This document shows, piece by piece, positions 1-14,478 of a DNA stretch of 64,000 nt. The notes beneath the pieces are model-generated. The model was not told where the DNA came from, did not search any database, and was given only the letters and a program-made list of their open reading frames with translations. Position 1 is the first letter of the stretch; each line of letters opens with the position of its first letter. The position numbers and the translations under genes are program-made. Source of the DNA: Salpingoeca rosetta (lineage: Eukaryota; Protista; Choanoflagellata); contig JAWQFM010000010.1 of the NCBI GenBank assembly GCA_033442325.1, positions 1,558,923 to 1,622,922 of the forward strand, given 5' to 3'.

Positions 1-19
1 GTGTGTGTGTCTGTCTGTC

Positions 20-60
<41 letters not shown>

Positions 61-299
61 CTGTAAATTGTGAATGAGGATTCGCGATGAAGACGTCATT
101 GACATACCAGTCAGGAGGGCGTCAACACGCCATTCCCCGACCCCGAACCCCATTTCATCGCCTCACCCCCCCCCCTTCTCCCTTGTCCACCACCAACATC
201 GCCACCGTCGCCACCATCACCACCAACACCACCAACACCACGACGCTCATCAACCACCAACTTCCCTCCCCCATCCTATCACCAACTCCATCCTCAAAG

Positions 300-496
300 A
301 CGACCAGCGACTGCTTGTTGAGCCCGCGTGCGCTGCTGCCATCAGCCCGCTGTACTTCCCTGCCGTGGCCAAGGATGCCGGCGTGGATGTGCAAGAGCTC
401 AACGGCCCCGTTGTCGCCATCGTGTGCGGTGGCAGTGGCGTCACCTTCAAGCAGATCCAAGACTGGCGCAAGCAGGTTGGCCTTGCCCCGCTCTAG
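300..496 (+). CDS. L-serine/threonine dehydratase (SDS/SDSL-like), last exon only; the gene starts left of the window
   Basis: After the AG acceptor at 298-299 the frame reads DDQRLLVEPACAAAISPLY...GPVVAIVCGGSGVT, matching the C-terminal VEPAC and IVCGG motifs of PLP-dependent serine dehydratases. Stop TAG at 494-496. Confidence 0.8.
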
Positions 497-1235
497 TCGT
501 CATAGTCGTCGTTGTTGCTGCTCCTGTGGAGGTTTGGCCGGGGGGTGACGTGTTGTGTTGCTGGGAGCTGGCAGCGGCTGTCATGTAGAGGTATGTAGTT
601 TGTAGGACGGTCATTGGTGTGTTCGAAGATTGTTGGAGGCTGCAACTTGGGTGTGTTGTGCTGTTGCTGCAGCTGTGGTTGGCTTTGCGCCCTCGGTTTG
701 TTGTGGTCAAAGGCGAAGAGGTGCAGTCGGTGTTGGTGTTGGTGTTGGGGCGAAGCAATGAATCGTGTGGTTGGTTACATGCAGCGGTCGCTGTTGCTGT
801 GCGGCTATAAGCACTCAAGCGTCATCTTGCCGTTGTTTACTAGTGTGAACACACACATATACACACGCTTCCATGTGGTTGGGAAGCTGTTGAGCATGCG
901 ATGAGGGGGGGGGAAGCGAGGTGAAGCAACAAATCGAGCCATTAACTTGTGGGCGAGGGGGCTGTCATACGCTTGAAACTACATTCACATGTGGTCCGAC
1001 AGCGCAGCGAACAAAGCGCCACACGCACGACAGAATCGACGCGCGCGCACACACACACACGCACGCACGCACGCACGCACGCACGCACACACACGCACAC
1101 GCACGCACGCACGCACGCACGCACACGCACGATAATGCAATCACAGTACGCGCACGAAAAAACAACAAAAACCGTACGCACATGTGCATTGCATGCAAAC
1201 GATAATACGCCACATGTAACCCCCTCCCCCATACT

Positions 1236-3290
1236 TCAGGGGCGTGTGGGCACGCGGTTGCCTGGTTGGCAGCGCCGTCGAAACCGCAAAAGCTCAGCGT
1301 CTCGCTCGTGGTAGCGGCGGCAATCACGCACCGTCGCCGCCAGCACACGCTCCTTCGTGCCTGCAGGCACATGATGCAACCCGAGGTCATGGCACGGTAA
1401 TTCATGATTTGCACAGCGTGGAAGGTGCGCACATACGTGAAATCAGACACAAACTCACATGCACACATGCACATATTCACACATGCACACACATGCGCAC
1501 ATGCACCCATTCTCTGCTCTGCCTCTCCGTCTGCCTGTTTACCAGTCTGTGGATATGTTTGCGCGCAGGGAGCAATCTCTTTCTGCCCAGTCCCACTCCC
1601 CTCCCTGCTGCCGCCACCGCCACCACCACCACCACCATGACGTACCCAGGTCGTGGATGTCCTTCGCCAGCTCGCGCTGTGCGGCTGCGAGAGTTCGGTG
1701 GGATACAGCCTTTGTCTCCAGCGTGTGCAGCGCAGAGCGCTCGCCGTGTGCCTCCTGGTACACCCGTGCCTGGTGATGACCCAGAGATGGTGATGGTGGT
1801 GGTGTGATGGTGATGGTGGTGTGATGGTGGTGTGATGGTGGTGTGATGGTGGTGGCGGTGCAATGAGGTCGCGCATCGTATGCAATCATCGCGCAACCAC
1901 AGCAGTGACATGCACTCATCGTTGACTTGGAATGTCCTTCCACAATCACCAACGATAATGAATCAAGACCACCAATCACCACCAGCATGAATCACACCAG
2001 CCAACCAAAGTCAACAATCATCACCACCTTCATCACCAACCACCACCTTCATCACCAACCACCACCGCCACCACCAGCCACCACATGCACCCAACTCACG
2101 CGTGGGCGGGTTGCGCTGTCTGCGATACGATGGAAGCGCCCTTCTCTTGGGCCCCTGTTCGTCTCGAATATCACTTCCGCCCTGGCTGCAACCGTGCGTG
2201 AGTGGTGCAGCATCGTCCGCGCCTCCCCGCGCGTCTGGTGCAGGTCGGCCTTCATGTTGGGGGATGGATGGAGGGCGTGGATGGGGCGATGCGTGCCAGA
2301 ATGAAGGACAGTTGCAAAATGTGAGCGAGGTGTGTGTGCAGGTGATGTTGAGAAACAAGAAGAAGAAATGCACACATGGTCACGTCCTGTAAATGCGCAA
2401 GCACACAAATTCATTCACACACACACACACAAATACACACACGCACACAGATACACAGATACAGACACAGACACACACACACCGCGCGCGCACACACGCA
2501 CACACACACACATTCACACATACGCACACACACATGCACACATACACATGCACACACACAACACATGCTGTCTTCCTTCCTCCCCCCCCCCAAAAAAAAA
2601 AAAAAACTCTCAGGCCCACCTCCGTTGATCGAGTGCGGGTCTTGGCCGTTCGAAGCTTGTCATCCACCGCCTTCATCGCTTGCGCCAGGTCGCTGCGTGC
2701 TGACACCATGAGCGACGTTGCGTCATCGCATGCGCTTGCCGCTGCTCTGATTGCATCACGCAGTTGCACCACAACTGGGGGAGGCGTGCCCTGCGGCCGT
2801 GGATACGCCTGCACACTCCCACTGTACGATTCTGTGTTAAGGGACAACGCCTTTGTCTCGTGTTTGATGACGGAAGCCGCTGTCTTAAGCGCGGCATTTA
2901 GCGCATGCGATGCCCCCGTGTTGATGCTGTGTTGCTTGCTCACGGCCGCCAGCACCTCTTTCGCCACACGCTGCTCGTTCTGCAGCTCAAAGGTGACGGC
3001 ATCGGGTACCGAGCCCACGTGCCCGCGACGCGAAATGCTCTCTCGGTTCAACCACACTGCGCGGCGGCAGTGGTCTTCGAGAAACGCAGCCAGCTTTCGT
3101 GTCGTGCGCTCCAGCTTGCGGGCCTCTGTTGATGGAAAGCAACAAAACGGATGAGGAACGTGTATGAAGGAGCAGTTCCGAGCGATTTGCGGTGATGGTA
3201 TTGGCAACGGCAGCAATGTTCCATTTATAATGATACACACACAGACATCCACCAAAGCACAAACACCACACACACACTCACACACACACA

Positions 3291-3389
<99 letters not shown>

Positions 3390-3568
3390 CGACGACGTNN
3401 NNNNNNNNNNNNNNNNNNNNNNNNNNNNNNNNNNNNNNNNNNNNNNNNNNNNNNNNNNNNNNNNNNNNNNNNNNNNNNNNNNNNNNNNNNNNNNNNNNNN
3501 NNNNNNNNNNNNNNNNNNNNNNNNNNNNNNNNNNNNNNNNNNNNNNNNNNNNNNNNNNNNNNNNNNNN

Positions 3569-3604
<36 letters not shown>

Positions 3605-4186
3605 CTCACGCTGGATGGCTGCGTGCTCCACCTCGCGAAGGCTGAGCACAAGCGCCTTTTGGTCCTTTTCAAAGTCGAACATGGCTGCGTTTGTTTCCTT
3701 GCGAATGCTCGACGTTGGTGTCGGGTGCTTGAGCCCGCGGATATGCTGTGTTGTCTTGCGTTTTGTCATGAGCGCTTCCCGCCGCAAGGTCAGGGCATCT
3801 TGATCTGCGCCGTCAAACGACCGCGACAGGTTGAGCTGGATGGTGGACCCGCCAACCTTTCCCTGCCGCTGCCGCGCATTGTGTCCCCTGTTTCAGTCAT
3901 GGTCATGGTGGACATGGCCGTGGTTATATCGTATTGTGGTCGAGAGCAAGCAAGTAGGCACGCGATGACGCATGTGTTGTTGTTGTTGTTGTTGTTGGGA
4001 GGAGGGAGGGTAAGGCAAGGTTGTGCTGAGGTAAACCACGTTTCGTGAACTCGCAACCTTCGATCCAGTTCTCACATGCACACCACCACCACAGACACGC
4101 AAGCGCACAATTGATGCACAAACATACCGTATGGACAAGTCCATGGGCTGCATGGTGGAGTGAAACGTGCCGTGGACGCGATGCAT
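1236..4186 (-). CDS. Coiled-coil tektin-like protein (CCDC105/TEKTL1-like), multi-exon, with part of one exon hidden in the N gap
   Basis: GT-AG exons splice in frame: [20 protein letters not shown]|GHNARQ...|[17 protein letters not shown]...[11 protein letters not shown]...|[18 protein letters not shown]|VYQEAHG...AKDIHDL|[30 protein letters not shown]. The C-terminal GP...RP.VYQ...HE.D..LLR.R pattern resembles CCDC105 as I recall it. Start codon uncertain. Confidence 0.6.
3399..3568. other. Assembly gap (N run) flanked by (CA)n
   Basis: 170 N characters inside the tektin-like gene. Confidence 0.99.
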
Positions 4187-4496
4187 CTTGGCTGCTACTG
4201 CGTTGGTGTTGTTGTTGTTGTTGTTGTTGTCGCAGTGGGTGTTCTTGTTGTGCAATTGAAGCCTTAGAGTGCACACAAAGCCGATCTAAAGCCCTCGTGG
4301 CCACCTGTGCCTTGCACCTTCCCCTCTTGCGCTGGATACGATGGGCAGCCTACGATGCTGTCCAGCCGAATGGCGGGGTGTGGAATCGGCGTGTTTTGTG
4401 TGTGTTGGCGGCGTTGTTGTGAGGTCGGCAAGGTAATCGATGACTTAATTCAGTCTTGTTGGGTTGTATGTGAACTGAAATCAGTGTCAAAACCGC

Positions 4497-4505
4497 TTTG
4501 GCGCG
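4497..4505 (+). promoter_or_regulatory. E2F-type site TTTGGCGCG upstream of TONSL
   Basis: Canonical TTTSSCGC match about 210 bp before the TONSL ATG, in the divergent intergenic region. Confidence 0.4.
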
Positions 4506-4712
4506 CTCCCTTGATTGCCGCGCTGCGTTCGAGCGACAACCCAACAACCCAATGGGCAAGCAAGCGAGCAAGCAACGACAAGACAGGAACGGCGAGTGCA
4601 ACCACGACGACGAGGAGGGACGTGGTGGGGCGGTGCACGCTGCTTGCCCCGTGGTGTCTGCTGTTGTTTGCTTGATTGAAGAAGAGAGCAAGGAGGAAAC
4701 AAGGGCGGCGCA

Positions 4713-5027
4713 ATGTCGAGCAGGTACTTGCAGCAGCTTCACCGGCTCAAGCGCAAAGCCGAGGCAAACAACAACACCGCGGAACTGCGCCAGCGATGCT
4801 GCGAGATTGCACAAGCGCACATCGAGGCCAACAGCCCTGGTCTTGCCCTCACAGAGCTCCAAGAAGCATTGCTCCTCAGCGGGTGTGTGAGCTAGTGCGT
4901 GTGTGTGCGCGCGTGTGTGTGTGTGTATGTGTGTGTGTGTGTTCTGATCCGTTTCCTGGCGTGAGCTCGTGTGTGTCTGTCCGCGTGCCTGTGTGTGTGT
5001 GTGTGTCTGTCTGTCTGTCTGTCTGTG

Positions 5028-5062
<35 letters not shown>

Positions 5063-8000
5063 GCGTATGTTTGTTTCGTGGACGTGTGGATGTTAGTCAG
5101 CATGTAAAGGTGCATGTTAGTCCGCGCGCACAAGTCTGTGGGAGCATGATTTGAGTGGCGTTTTTGTGTTCATTGTTGCATGCGACAAGCTTGGATCAAG
5201 ACGATGCACGCCCGTCAGTTGTGACGTCACCCTCAACTTTTTGTACACTGCAAACACGCCCATGTGCCGCTCACGCTGCAGCGAGGAAGATCTGCTGGTG
5301 CATCGCACGCTGGCAGACTGCTATGCTCGCATGAGCGACTTTTCCGGGGAGCTGACCCACAGGCAGAGGCACTTGGACATTGCAGAGAAGGCAAACGACC
5401 CAATCGAGAAACAACGCGCCTTGAACAACCTCGGCACATGTTACCTCGAAGAAGGCACAGGTCCGCCACCTGCTGTTGTTCGCCCCACCCACCCACAACC
5501 TTGTTTCACTGTTATCTGCTGACGACATTCGTGTGCCGTTTTGCATTCCTGTCTGCATTCGTATCTGACTGCTTGGTGGCTGCAACTTGGTGTGCCACAG
5601 CGTCTTTCACTCACTGATTGCACGCTCGACCGGATCATGGCTTCACATCACATCACCTCACCATGACTCCACCATGTTCCATGGCAGATGAGTCATTGAG
5701 GAAGAGCTATACATATCTTGAGCAGTCGCTGGCACTCATTCCCCAATGCCCTGACGAGCGCCAACGCAAGGACATGACAATGAGGTGAGCTGTGTGGCTG
5801 CTCTTGTTCTGCTGAACGCTTTGCCAATGCAGCAACGGCGTGTTTACCTGCTCCTTTCTGACCCATGTTGCGTCCTCCTGCACAAACGCACACACACACA
5901 CAACACATTCTCTCTCTCTCACATACACACACACTAACAACACACACCTTCACACGCCCTCACTTACTCTCGACCTGCACACACCCCTGCCTCGTCCAAC
6001 TCAGGTGCATCTACAACATGGGCCTGGTGAAGATGAGCGCAAGCAATCCATCCCGCCGCCAGCTGCTCAGAAGTCTCACTCACTTTGAGAAGGTGCTGCT
6101 CCTGTTTGCCACGGCCTTAGTCGATGCCCATTGATCTAGTATGGCACACCCCCTCACTCACTCACTCACCCTCTCACTCACCCTCTCACTCACTCACTCA
6201 CTCACTCACCCTCTCACTCACTCACTCACCCTCTCACTCACTCACCCTCTCACTCACTCCAATCCCCTGCACCATCACACCTCCACCTCACCTCCCTTCC
6301 CCTCCCCAACCCAAACCCAAACCCAAACCCAAACCCAAACCAGGCCGGGGTGATGGCGCGGTCCCTCACCCGCTGGACCTTCCACGCAATGGCTTTGGCG
6401 CGAATAGCAGAGGTGCAACGTGTACTGGGGAGAGACAAGCGCGCCGTCACTGCGTTTCAACGCGCGCTCGCAGCACAGGAGAATGTGCCTGCCGATGACC
6501 GCGGCCTGGTCAGCTTACACGCGCCAAGCACGTCAGCATCGTCGCTGGGCACCAGCTCACGATCCCTCGTCATTGGCGGCGCTTCAACCACGACAGCAGC
6601 GGGAGGTGGCAGTGGCATGGGTGCAACCGGTGGTGGTACAGCCGCAGCAGCAGCCGCGGTGAGTGGCCAGATTGCCCTGAGCGAGGTGCCTGTGCGCGTC
6701 GCCCTGATGATGGGGCTGGCGCACGTTCACCTCGACCACGGCCGTGACAGAGATGCGGTGCAGGTGCTGCGAAACGCGTACAAGCTGCTGCAGGCGCCAC
6801 GGACCAAGCTGGTGGTGCCGCGAGAGACGCGCGTTGCGTTGGCTGCGCTCTTGCGTCATGCACGCATGTCTCTCAAGGCCAAAGTCGAGATCACCAACAT
6901 GGAACTGACGCAATCAGCGCCGAGCGTGCTGTGCGCGCGCCTTGAGGCCCTGGCAGACGCCGTGTGCGAGGACGAGCCTGCGCCACGCCGCACGCAGGCG
7001 CTGCGAATGTACGCGCGCGTTGTGCACTGGCGACAGCAACAACGCAACCATACACGTGATGGCAGTGGTGGTGGTGGTGGTGGTGGTGGTGGTGGTGGTG
7101 GTGGTGGTGGTGGTGGTGGTGGTGACGATGGTGATGATGTTAACACCCGCGCCGCTGATGGCAATCTCCACGACCACCATGAACAGCAGCGAGAGCGAGA
7201 GCGGGCAGGTGGTGGTGACGATGGGAAGTGGCCTGGCTGCAGCTCACTTTCCGATGTGTATGCGTCCATTGGCCTCACGTTGTCCGAGCTGCACGTGTAC
7301 ACGCGCGCGTACTTTGCGTATCGCCACCAGCACGAACAGCTGACCCGTCGGCTCGCATCCGCTGTGGACGCGAAGACGCAGCGTGACGCGGCGTGGGATG
7401 TTGCCACGGCACTCTTCAACATGCATCAGATGCTGGCGTGGTGGGAGCACACGTGCGTGCGTGATAGGGGCGAGCGCGACGTGCTGTGCATCCATCCCAA
7501 GCAGCGACACAACCACAAGCGAAAGCAACGGCGAGGCCCGACAACACACAGCCACCCTGATGCGACAACAAAAACGGCAGCGAAGACGACGACGACAACG
7601 CACAGTGCGAACTGCAACAACACGGTCTCACCACCATCGCCATCACCACCATCGCCATCACCACCATCGCCATCACCACCATCAACAACAACAGGGCAAG
7701 CAGCGCCGGGACACCGCCGCGTCACAGCACTGCGGCTGGTGCTGAGCAGTGATGACGACAATGACAGCGGGCACGAGGAGAGTGGAGTGGACACGAGCAC
7801 AACGCGACGGGGACGTGTGAGCGGTGACAGCCGCAGTGGTGATGGTGATGATGACGATGGTCGTGGTGATGATGGTGATGATCACAGTGGTGATGGTGAA
7901 GAGGACGTGAGTGCCGGCAGCGCTGATAGCGGTGATGGTGATGACGATGACGACGACAGTTGGGAGCAGGACGAGCCTGAGACACAGGGCGGTGACAGCC

Positions 8001-8372
8001 AGGACCCTGCGCATGTCCTGGGCGTGCAGCCGACTGTGAGTCTCGCAACAGCAACCCAACGCATCACCGCAACCGTTTTTGGAACACCAGGCATTAAGTC
8101 GCGGTGGTTTGTGGACACACGCGCGTGGCTTTCCCTGCAGTCAGCGGCGGTGGTGACTATGTTTGCTCTGGGGAGGCGGGCACGGCTTGTGCTTGCAAGC
8201 AAACACCTCTCCGCTGCACTTGCACACGTTCTGCCCATTGCGTCGCGCTCGTGTACGCGAGAGCAACACGACACGATCAAGGAGTGGCTGCGAGCGTATG
8301 ACGACATATCCCCAGCCATCGCCTCAGCGTCATCGCACGGCCACACTGACAACCGTACTGGTTATGATGACC

Positions 8373-8404
<32 letters not shown>

Positions 8405-9253
8405 GACGACATGAACAGCAGCTTTGCGAGCAGCGGTGATGGATGGGGTGATGGTGTCGACGCCATCTCGGCTGTGCGTGACATACGAGCACTCATCGCA
8501 CGACAGGAGGCGGAAGGTGCTGACGCCTTGCCGACTGATGCTGCAGGCGAAGGCAGTGATGGTGGTGCCAATGCTGCTGATGGTGATGATGATGGTGAGG
8601 GTGGTGCTGATGGTGATGATGATGACAATGAAGACGCTGGCACTGAGGTGTCACTGACGGATTCGGACCCTGAGCGCACGGCGCGGATGGAGGAAGAAGC
8701 GAAGCAGCGAGCAAAAGCGCGTCTGTTCCGCACGAACGAGAAGGGCGAGACCCCGTTGCAGGAGGCGGCGAGGAATGGCAATCTAGCTGCTGTGCGGCGG
8801 CTGCTGAGCAAAGGTGCGCCCGCCAATACACGCGACTACGCTGGCTGGACGCCACTGCACGACGCAGCAGACGGCGGCTACGAGGATGTGGTGGCGCTGC
8901 TGCTGGAGCAGGATGGCGTGGACGTGAACGCGCAGTCATCGCGCAAGACTGAGCTGCGAACGCCCTTGCACGAGGCGGCACAGGCAGGCCACGCAGGGGT
9001 TGTGCAGCTGCTGCTGGACCACGGCGCCGATCTGTCCATGGAGGACAGCAAGGGCCACACTGCCCTGGATGTTGCAGCCATCAACGAGGAAAGTGGCGCG
9101 TTTGACGTCCTGCGAGAGGCAACGCTCGCCCGCGCTGCTCGTGCTGCTGGTCGTGCTGCTGGTCGTGCTGGTGGCACTGGTGATGGTGGTGGTGGTGCTG
9201 ACCACAGTGGACATGGTGGTGACGATAACAGCTGTCGCGCTGATGCTCACCAC

Positions 9254-9294
<41 letters not shown>

Positions 9295-10402
9295 TGTGGA
9301 GATACCAGAAGACATGAACGCGTACCTGGAGCAGCGTGAACAGGAGAAGAGGGAACGCAAGAGAAGGCGGCAGTTGGAATTGGAGGAAAAGAGACAGCAG
9401 CAGCAGCAGAGACAGAAACAGGCTCAGCAAAGCGCCCTCAGTGGCGCGGACGCAACACAGCGGCTGATTAAGCAACTTCTTCGCAACAAGAAGAAGCGAA
9501 GCACAAGAAGTGGTGCCGGTGGTAATGGTGGAAGCGGCAGCGGTGTTGGGCGCAACAATGGTGGTGGTGACGATGACGGTGATGATGACGAGGAAGAGGA
9601 AGAGGAAGAGGAGGCAGAAGAAGAAGAAAGGTACAGGGGTCACCACCTTGTGTCGTTGTCGGACATTGCAATGTCCCACGTGCCACAGCGGCTGTTACGC
9701 GACAACCCGGCGCGGAAGCGAGGGCTGCAGCCGGCCCGCTTCGCTGATGATGACGATGAGAAGGATGGCGCGGCAAAGGGCGACTATGAGATCCCCGTGC
9801 GCCTTCGCGTGTCGTCTGGTGCTGAATCGTCATCGGAATCGTCATCGTCGTCATCTTCATCGCTCTCTGATATGAGCGATGATGATGGTCATGGTGGTGG
9901 TGGTGTTGGGAGGATGGATGTACGTGCGGGTGACCTCTCCCATGACACGAGCGACGACAATGACGGCAGCGTTGGGGATGGAATGCAGCGTGGTTCCACC
10001 CATCATGTTCGCGCACGCCGAGCCCGGCCTAGCGGTGCAGCCACAACTGCTCGTGGGCGGTTGCACCAGCACACAGCAGCAGCAGCAGCAGCAGGTGGTG
10101 GTGTGAGGGCGGGGGCAACGGCAAAACGGAAGCGCCGCATGGTGAGAGAGCGCCGACAGTGGTCTCTTGTGGACGAGTGGTTCCTGGATGACAGCGACGA
10201 CGACAACAATGGTGATGTTGATGGCATGGGCGATGATGATGAAGGTGGAAGTGCTGTCGTGTCGCCGGGAGGGCGAGGAGCAGACGAAGTGCCGGATGGT
10301 GGCGAGCAGCGGTCACTCTACCGCCGCATCCTGAACGATGAGGAGGAGGAGGACATTGAGGTCACGTACCCAACATCCCTCACGCAACAACAACAACAAC
10401 AA

Positions 10403-10444
<42 letters not shown>

Positions 10445-11624
10445 CAACAGCAACAGTCGGGTGCTGGTGCGGCGCGAACACCAGCAACAGCAACAAGTGC
10501 GCTGACAAAGGCGCCGTCGCTGCCACAGTACGAGCGACGACAGCTGCAGTTTTCGTCCCCGCCATCGCCGGCAGGGCAGCGTTTTGCCTCGCACATCGAC
10601 GCATCGCCACCACAAACAACCTTCCCACGCGGCTCAGAGGCTTCATCAGCCCCGCGCACGACGCACACCAAACGCCACCACCACAGCCGCACCCGCCGCG
10701 CCTTTGGTCACACCGCGCACCAGTCTCGAACCCACCACGGACTTCATCGTCGCCATCACAGCAGAGACACATCGCTTCTCTCGCACAGCGCCAGGCACCG
10801 CAGCAGCAGCAGAGGTGGTGGTGCGAGTGGTGTCACTGGTGTTGGCAGGCAGAAGACGAAGAGGAGGAGCAGAAAGGGCCAAAGCAGACAGCCACGCCTT
10901 ACCTCTGGCCTGCTGGGAGCGACGGCGCTGAGTGACGCCGATGGTGATGGTGGCGGGTGGGTAGGTTGGGGTGCTGCCGGTGGCATGAACGATGGTGTTG
11001 GCGGCGGTGATAGCGATGATGCTTTCAGGGACGGCGACCGCCTGAACATCACGCGACGAAAGCGCAAGCACAGAAAACGGAAGCACAAGAACAACAAGCA
11101 CAAGAACAACAAGCACAGGCACCGAAGTGTGGCAAGCGACGATGAGGATGATGACGGCATCATGGGAGGGCGTGGTGTTGGGCGTGTGTCGGTATCGGCT
11201 CACCGGCTGCGTCTGCGGCCGTGGGATGTGGACATGCTGGTGTCCAACACAACGGCAATGGACAGCGATGAAGATGACAGCGCGGTGGGGTGGAACGCGC
11301 GTGGCGGTCGACCAGCGAGCGACCATCGCTCCAGATACGCAGGAGGTGGTGAAAGCGGTGTGGGAATGGAAGGAGCACCAATGTCCACCACCTCGGCCAC
11401 GACCACTGCAAGACACACAAGTGGTCGTGGTTCGGGTCGCCCTGTGTTTTCACTTCAGCCGCAGTTCCTGCAGACGGATGTGAAACGAATTGGAGGCACT
11501 GCTCCTGCGACGAAGGCCTTGGACAATGTTGTTTGCTTTGTGCAATGTCACATCAAAGGCACGCACGACCACGTGTGCTTTCCCCTCTTTACCGTTTCAG
11601 TATCGACGACCCATCTCAAAGAAC

Positions 11625-11680
<56 letters not shown>

Positions 11681-12496
11681 GTGTAGGGGGGTCATCGCAT
11701 GTGCATGTGTCATTGCTCATTTGTGCTTTTTTTTTTCTGTGAGTGGCACAGGTGAAGCTGGCGCATGTGCGCACATTTGGTTGCGACATTGACATTCAGC
11801 GGCTCACGAATGGCAAGGTCAGTTGGCATACAATTCGTGTACCTATCCGTTCGCATGCTGTGATGGTGCATGCGTACAAACGTGCAAAACAGGCCCTCTT
11901 GCATGTGCTCACGTTCACCCATGCACATTTCCTTTCACGCCCACACACACACACTCACTCACACACACACACACACACACTCACTCACACTCACTCACAC
12001 ACACACACATACTCACTCACACTCACTCACTCACTCACACACACACNNNNNNNNNNNNNNNNNNNNNNNNNNNNNNNNNNNNNNNNNNNNNNNNNNNNNN
12101 NNNNNNNNNNNNNNNNNNNNNNNNNNNNNNNNNNNNNNNNNNNNNNNNNNNNNNNNNNNNNNNNNNNNNNNNNNNNNNNNNNNNNNNNNNNNNNNNNNNN
12201 NNNNNNNNNNNNNNNNNNNNNNNNNNNNNNNNNNNNNNNNNNNNNNNNNNNNNNNNNNNNNNNNNNNNNNNNNNNNNNNNNNNNNNNNNNNNNNNNNNNN
12301 NNNNNNNNNNNNNNNNNNNNNNNNNNNNNNNNNNNNNNNNNNNNNNNNNNNNNNNNNNNNNNNNNNNNNNNNNNNNNNNNNNNNNNNNNNNNNNNNNNNN
12401 NNNNNNNNNNNNNNNNNNNNNNNNNNNNNNNNNNNNNNNNNNNNNNNNNNNNNNNNNNNNNNNNNNNNNNNNNNNNNNNNNNNNNNNNNNNNNNNN

Positions 12497-12566
<70 letters not shown>

Positions 12567-13729
12567 CTCTCTCGCTCTCTCTCGCTCTCCCTCGCCACCA
12601 GGGAGAGACGCTGGAAGGGGTGCTGCTGACGAGCGAGTTGAATTCGGCGCCGCGCTCGCAGTTGAGCAGAACGACCAAGCGGCCCGTGCGTGTGTTGGGC
12701 GTTGTCGGTCGCGCCATCGTGACGCACATGGCTGGAGATGGTGCCGGTCATGGGAATGGCGATGTGGTGGTGTCGACTGCAAGACCCGCAGACCGTTTGA
12801 ATGCCATGCTGAGACACGCACGTGAGCGCGTGACGGGCACAAAAGGCAGCAGCAGTGCCAGTGGCAGTTGTGTGCGTGTGGATGGCGATTGCGAATGGGA
12901 CGCGTTCATGTGGAGCGATGGCTCTCTTTCGGCTGTCGAGCAATCTCTCCACCAGGTTTGTGCAATCTGCGATGGGTGTGGGTATTGTTGCTGTGCGCTT
13001 GATGGCGATGCACGCAAATGGCGCTGGGACACACACCCACAAATACACGCACTTACTCCCTTTGACTCGCTCATACACACACTCACTCACTCACTCACTC
13101 ACACACTCACGCACGCACGCACTCACTCACTCACTCACTCACTCACTCACTCACTCACACACACTATTGCACATCTCTATCATCAGGCGGACATGCGGAA
13201 GTTTGCGTTTGGTGATGGTGCAATGTCGCTTTCAGCAGCGGCAATCACATGTGTCATTCGCTCTCTTCGCTTCTCCACTGCCATCACCGAGCTTGGTGCG
13301 ACGCAGAGACTGCCTCCATGTGTCTCTCATTGTGTGTGTGTCTTTGTCTGTGTCTGTATCTGTGTGAGTGTGTGTGCGTGTGCCTATGCCTGTGTCTGTG
13401 TGTGGGTTATGTACTGTGCTGTGAGCATCCCATGTGCGGGTTCCATGTCGCCTGTTCACGCGTGTGAATTGATTGTGCGCGCCGCTCTGCAGACTTGTCC
13501 AACAGCCAGGCCAATGACCAGAGTTGCGTCATGCTCAGCACGTGTGTGTGGGCGTGGCCAAACCTGTCTCGCCTCTCTCTCGCCAGCTGCACCATCACCT
13601 CTGCGGTACGTTCAATGGACGTTTCAGGACGTGACATTTGGGGAGGGGGGGTTGACCACGCACTCGGAAGGAAAATGATGCAGACTTGCAGACTTGACTC
13701 TTGACCTGCACGGCAGCTCTCTCCTCTCA

Positions 13730-13802
<73 letters not shown>

Positions 13803-14390
13803 TGCATGCTTACCCAACTCCTCCTCCTTCCTCCATCCCCCCCCCCAATGTTCATTGTGGTCGACAGGGTGTATGTGCGCTGCTGCGTGCTCGTCGCCCA
13901 GCGGGATCCACTGCGGATGTGTACGCAAAATTGAAGACCTTGGATGTTTCGCACAACGCACTGGATGGGCTCGACCAAAGCCTTGTTGGCTCCTTTCTCT
14001 CCGCTCACTTGCACACACGCGTGGTGCGGTCATTGAGCATTTGGACCTTTTGAGTGTCGTGTTCCGTATTGTGTGTTGGTGGCTGTTACGTTTGGCAAGG
14101 GCTGCGTGCACTCATTTCACAGCACACACACGCACACACACGCACACACACGCACACACACAAATGTACACGTACATACACACACACGCACACGCACATG
14201 CACCCTGCACCATCTGCACGTGCGCTCATGCCTTCCCGCAAACGTTTAGGTTGCCATTGGTTGTGGGCTGCGAGCACATGCGTGGCCACCACGCGTCATT
14301 GTCGCTGCCAGCGATGAGGAGTGCTGTACCAATGGGGGTGACGTCACAAGACAGCTCAGCCGGCATGTCGCAGCATTGAAGGTGGGATGG

Positions 14391-14478
<88 letters not shown>

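Noticed and set aside
4498-4712. Alternative upstream TONSL start (MGKQASKQ...)
   Set aside because: It is in a different frame from the TPR-like exon. The ATG at 4713 directly opens the TONSL-like N-terminus.
6307-6341. (CCCAAA)n resembling a telomeric repeat
   Set aside because: Only about five units at an intron 3' end, not TTAGGG, and internal to a gene.
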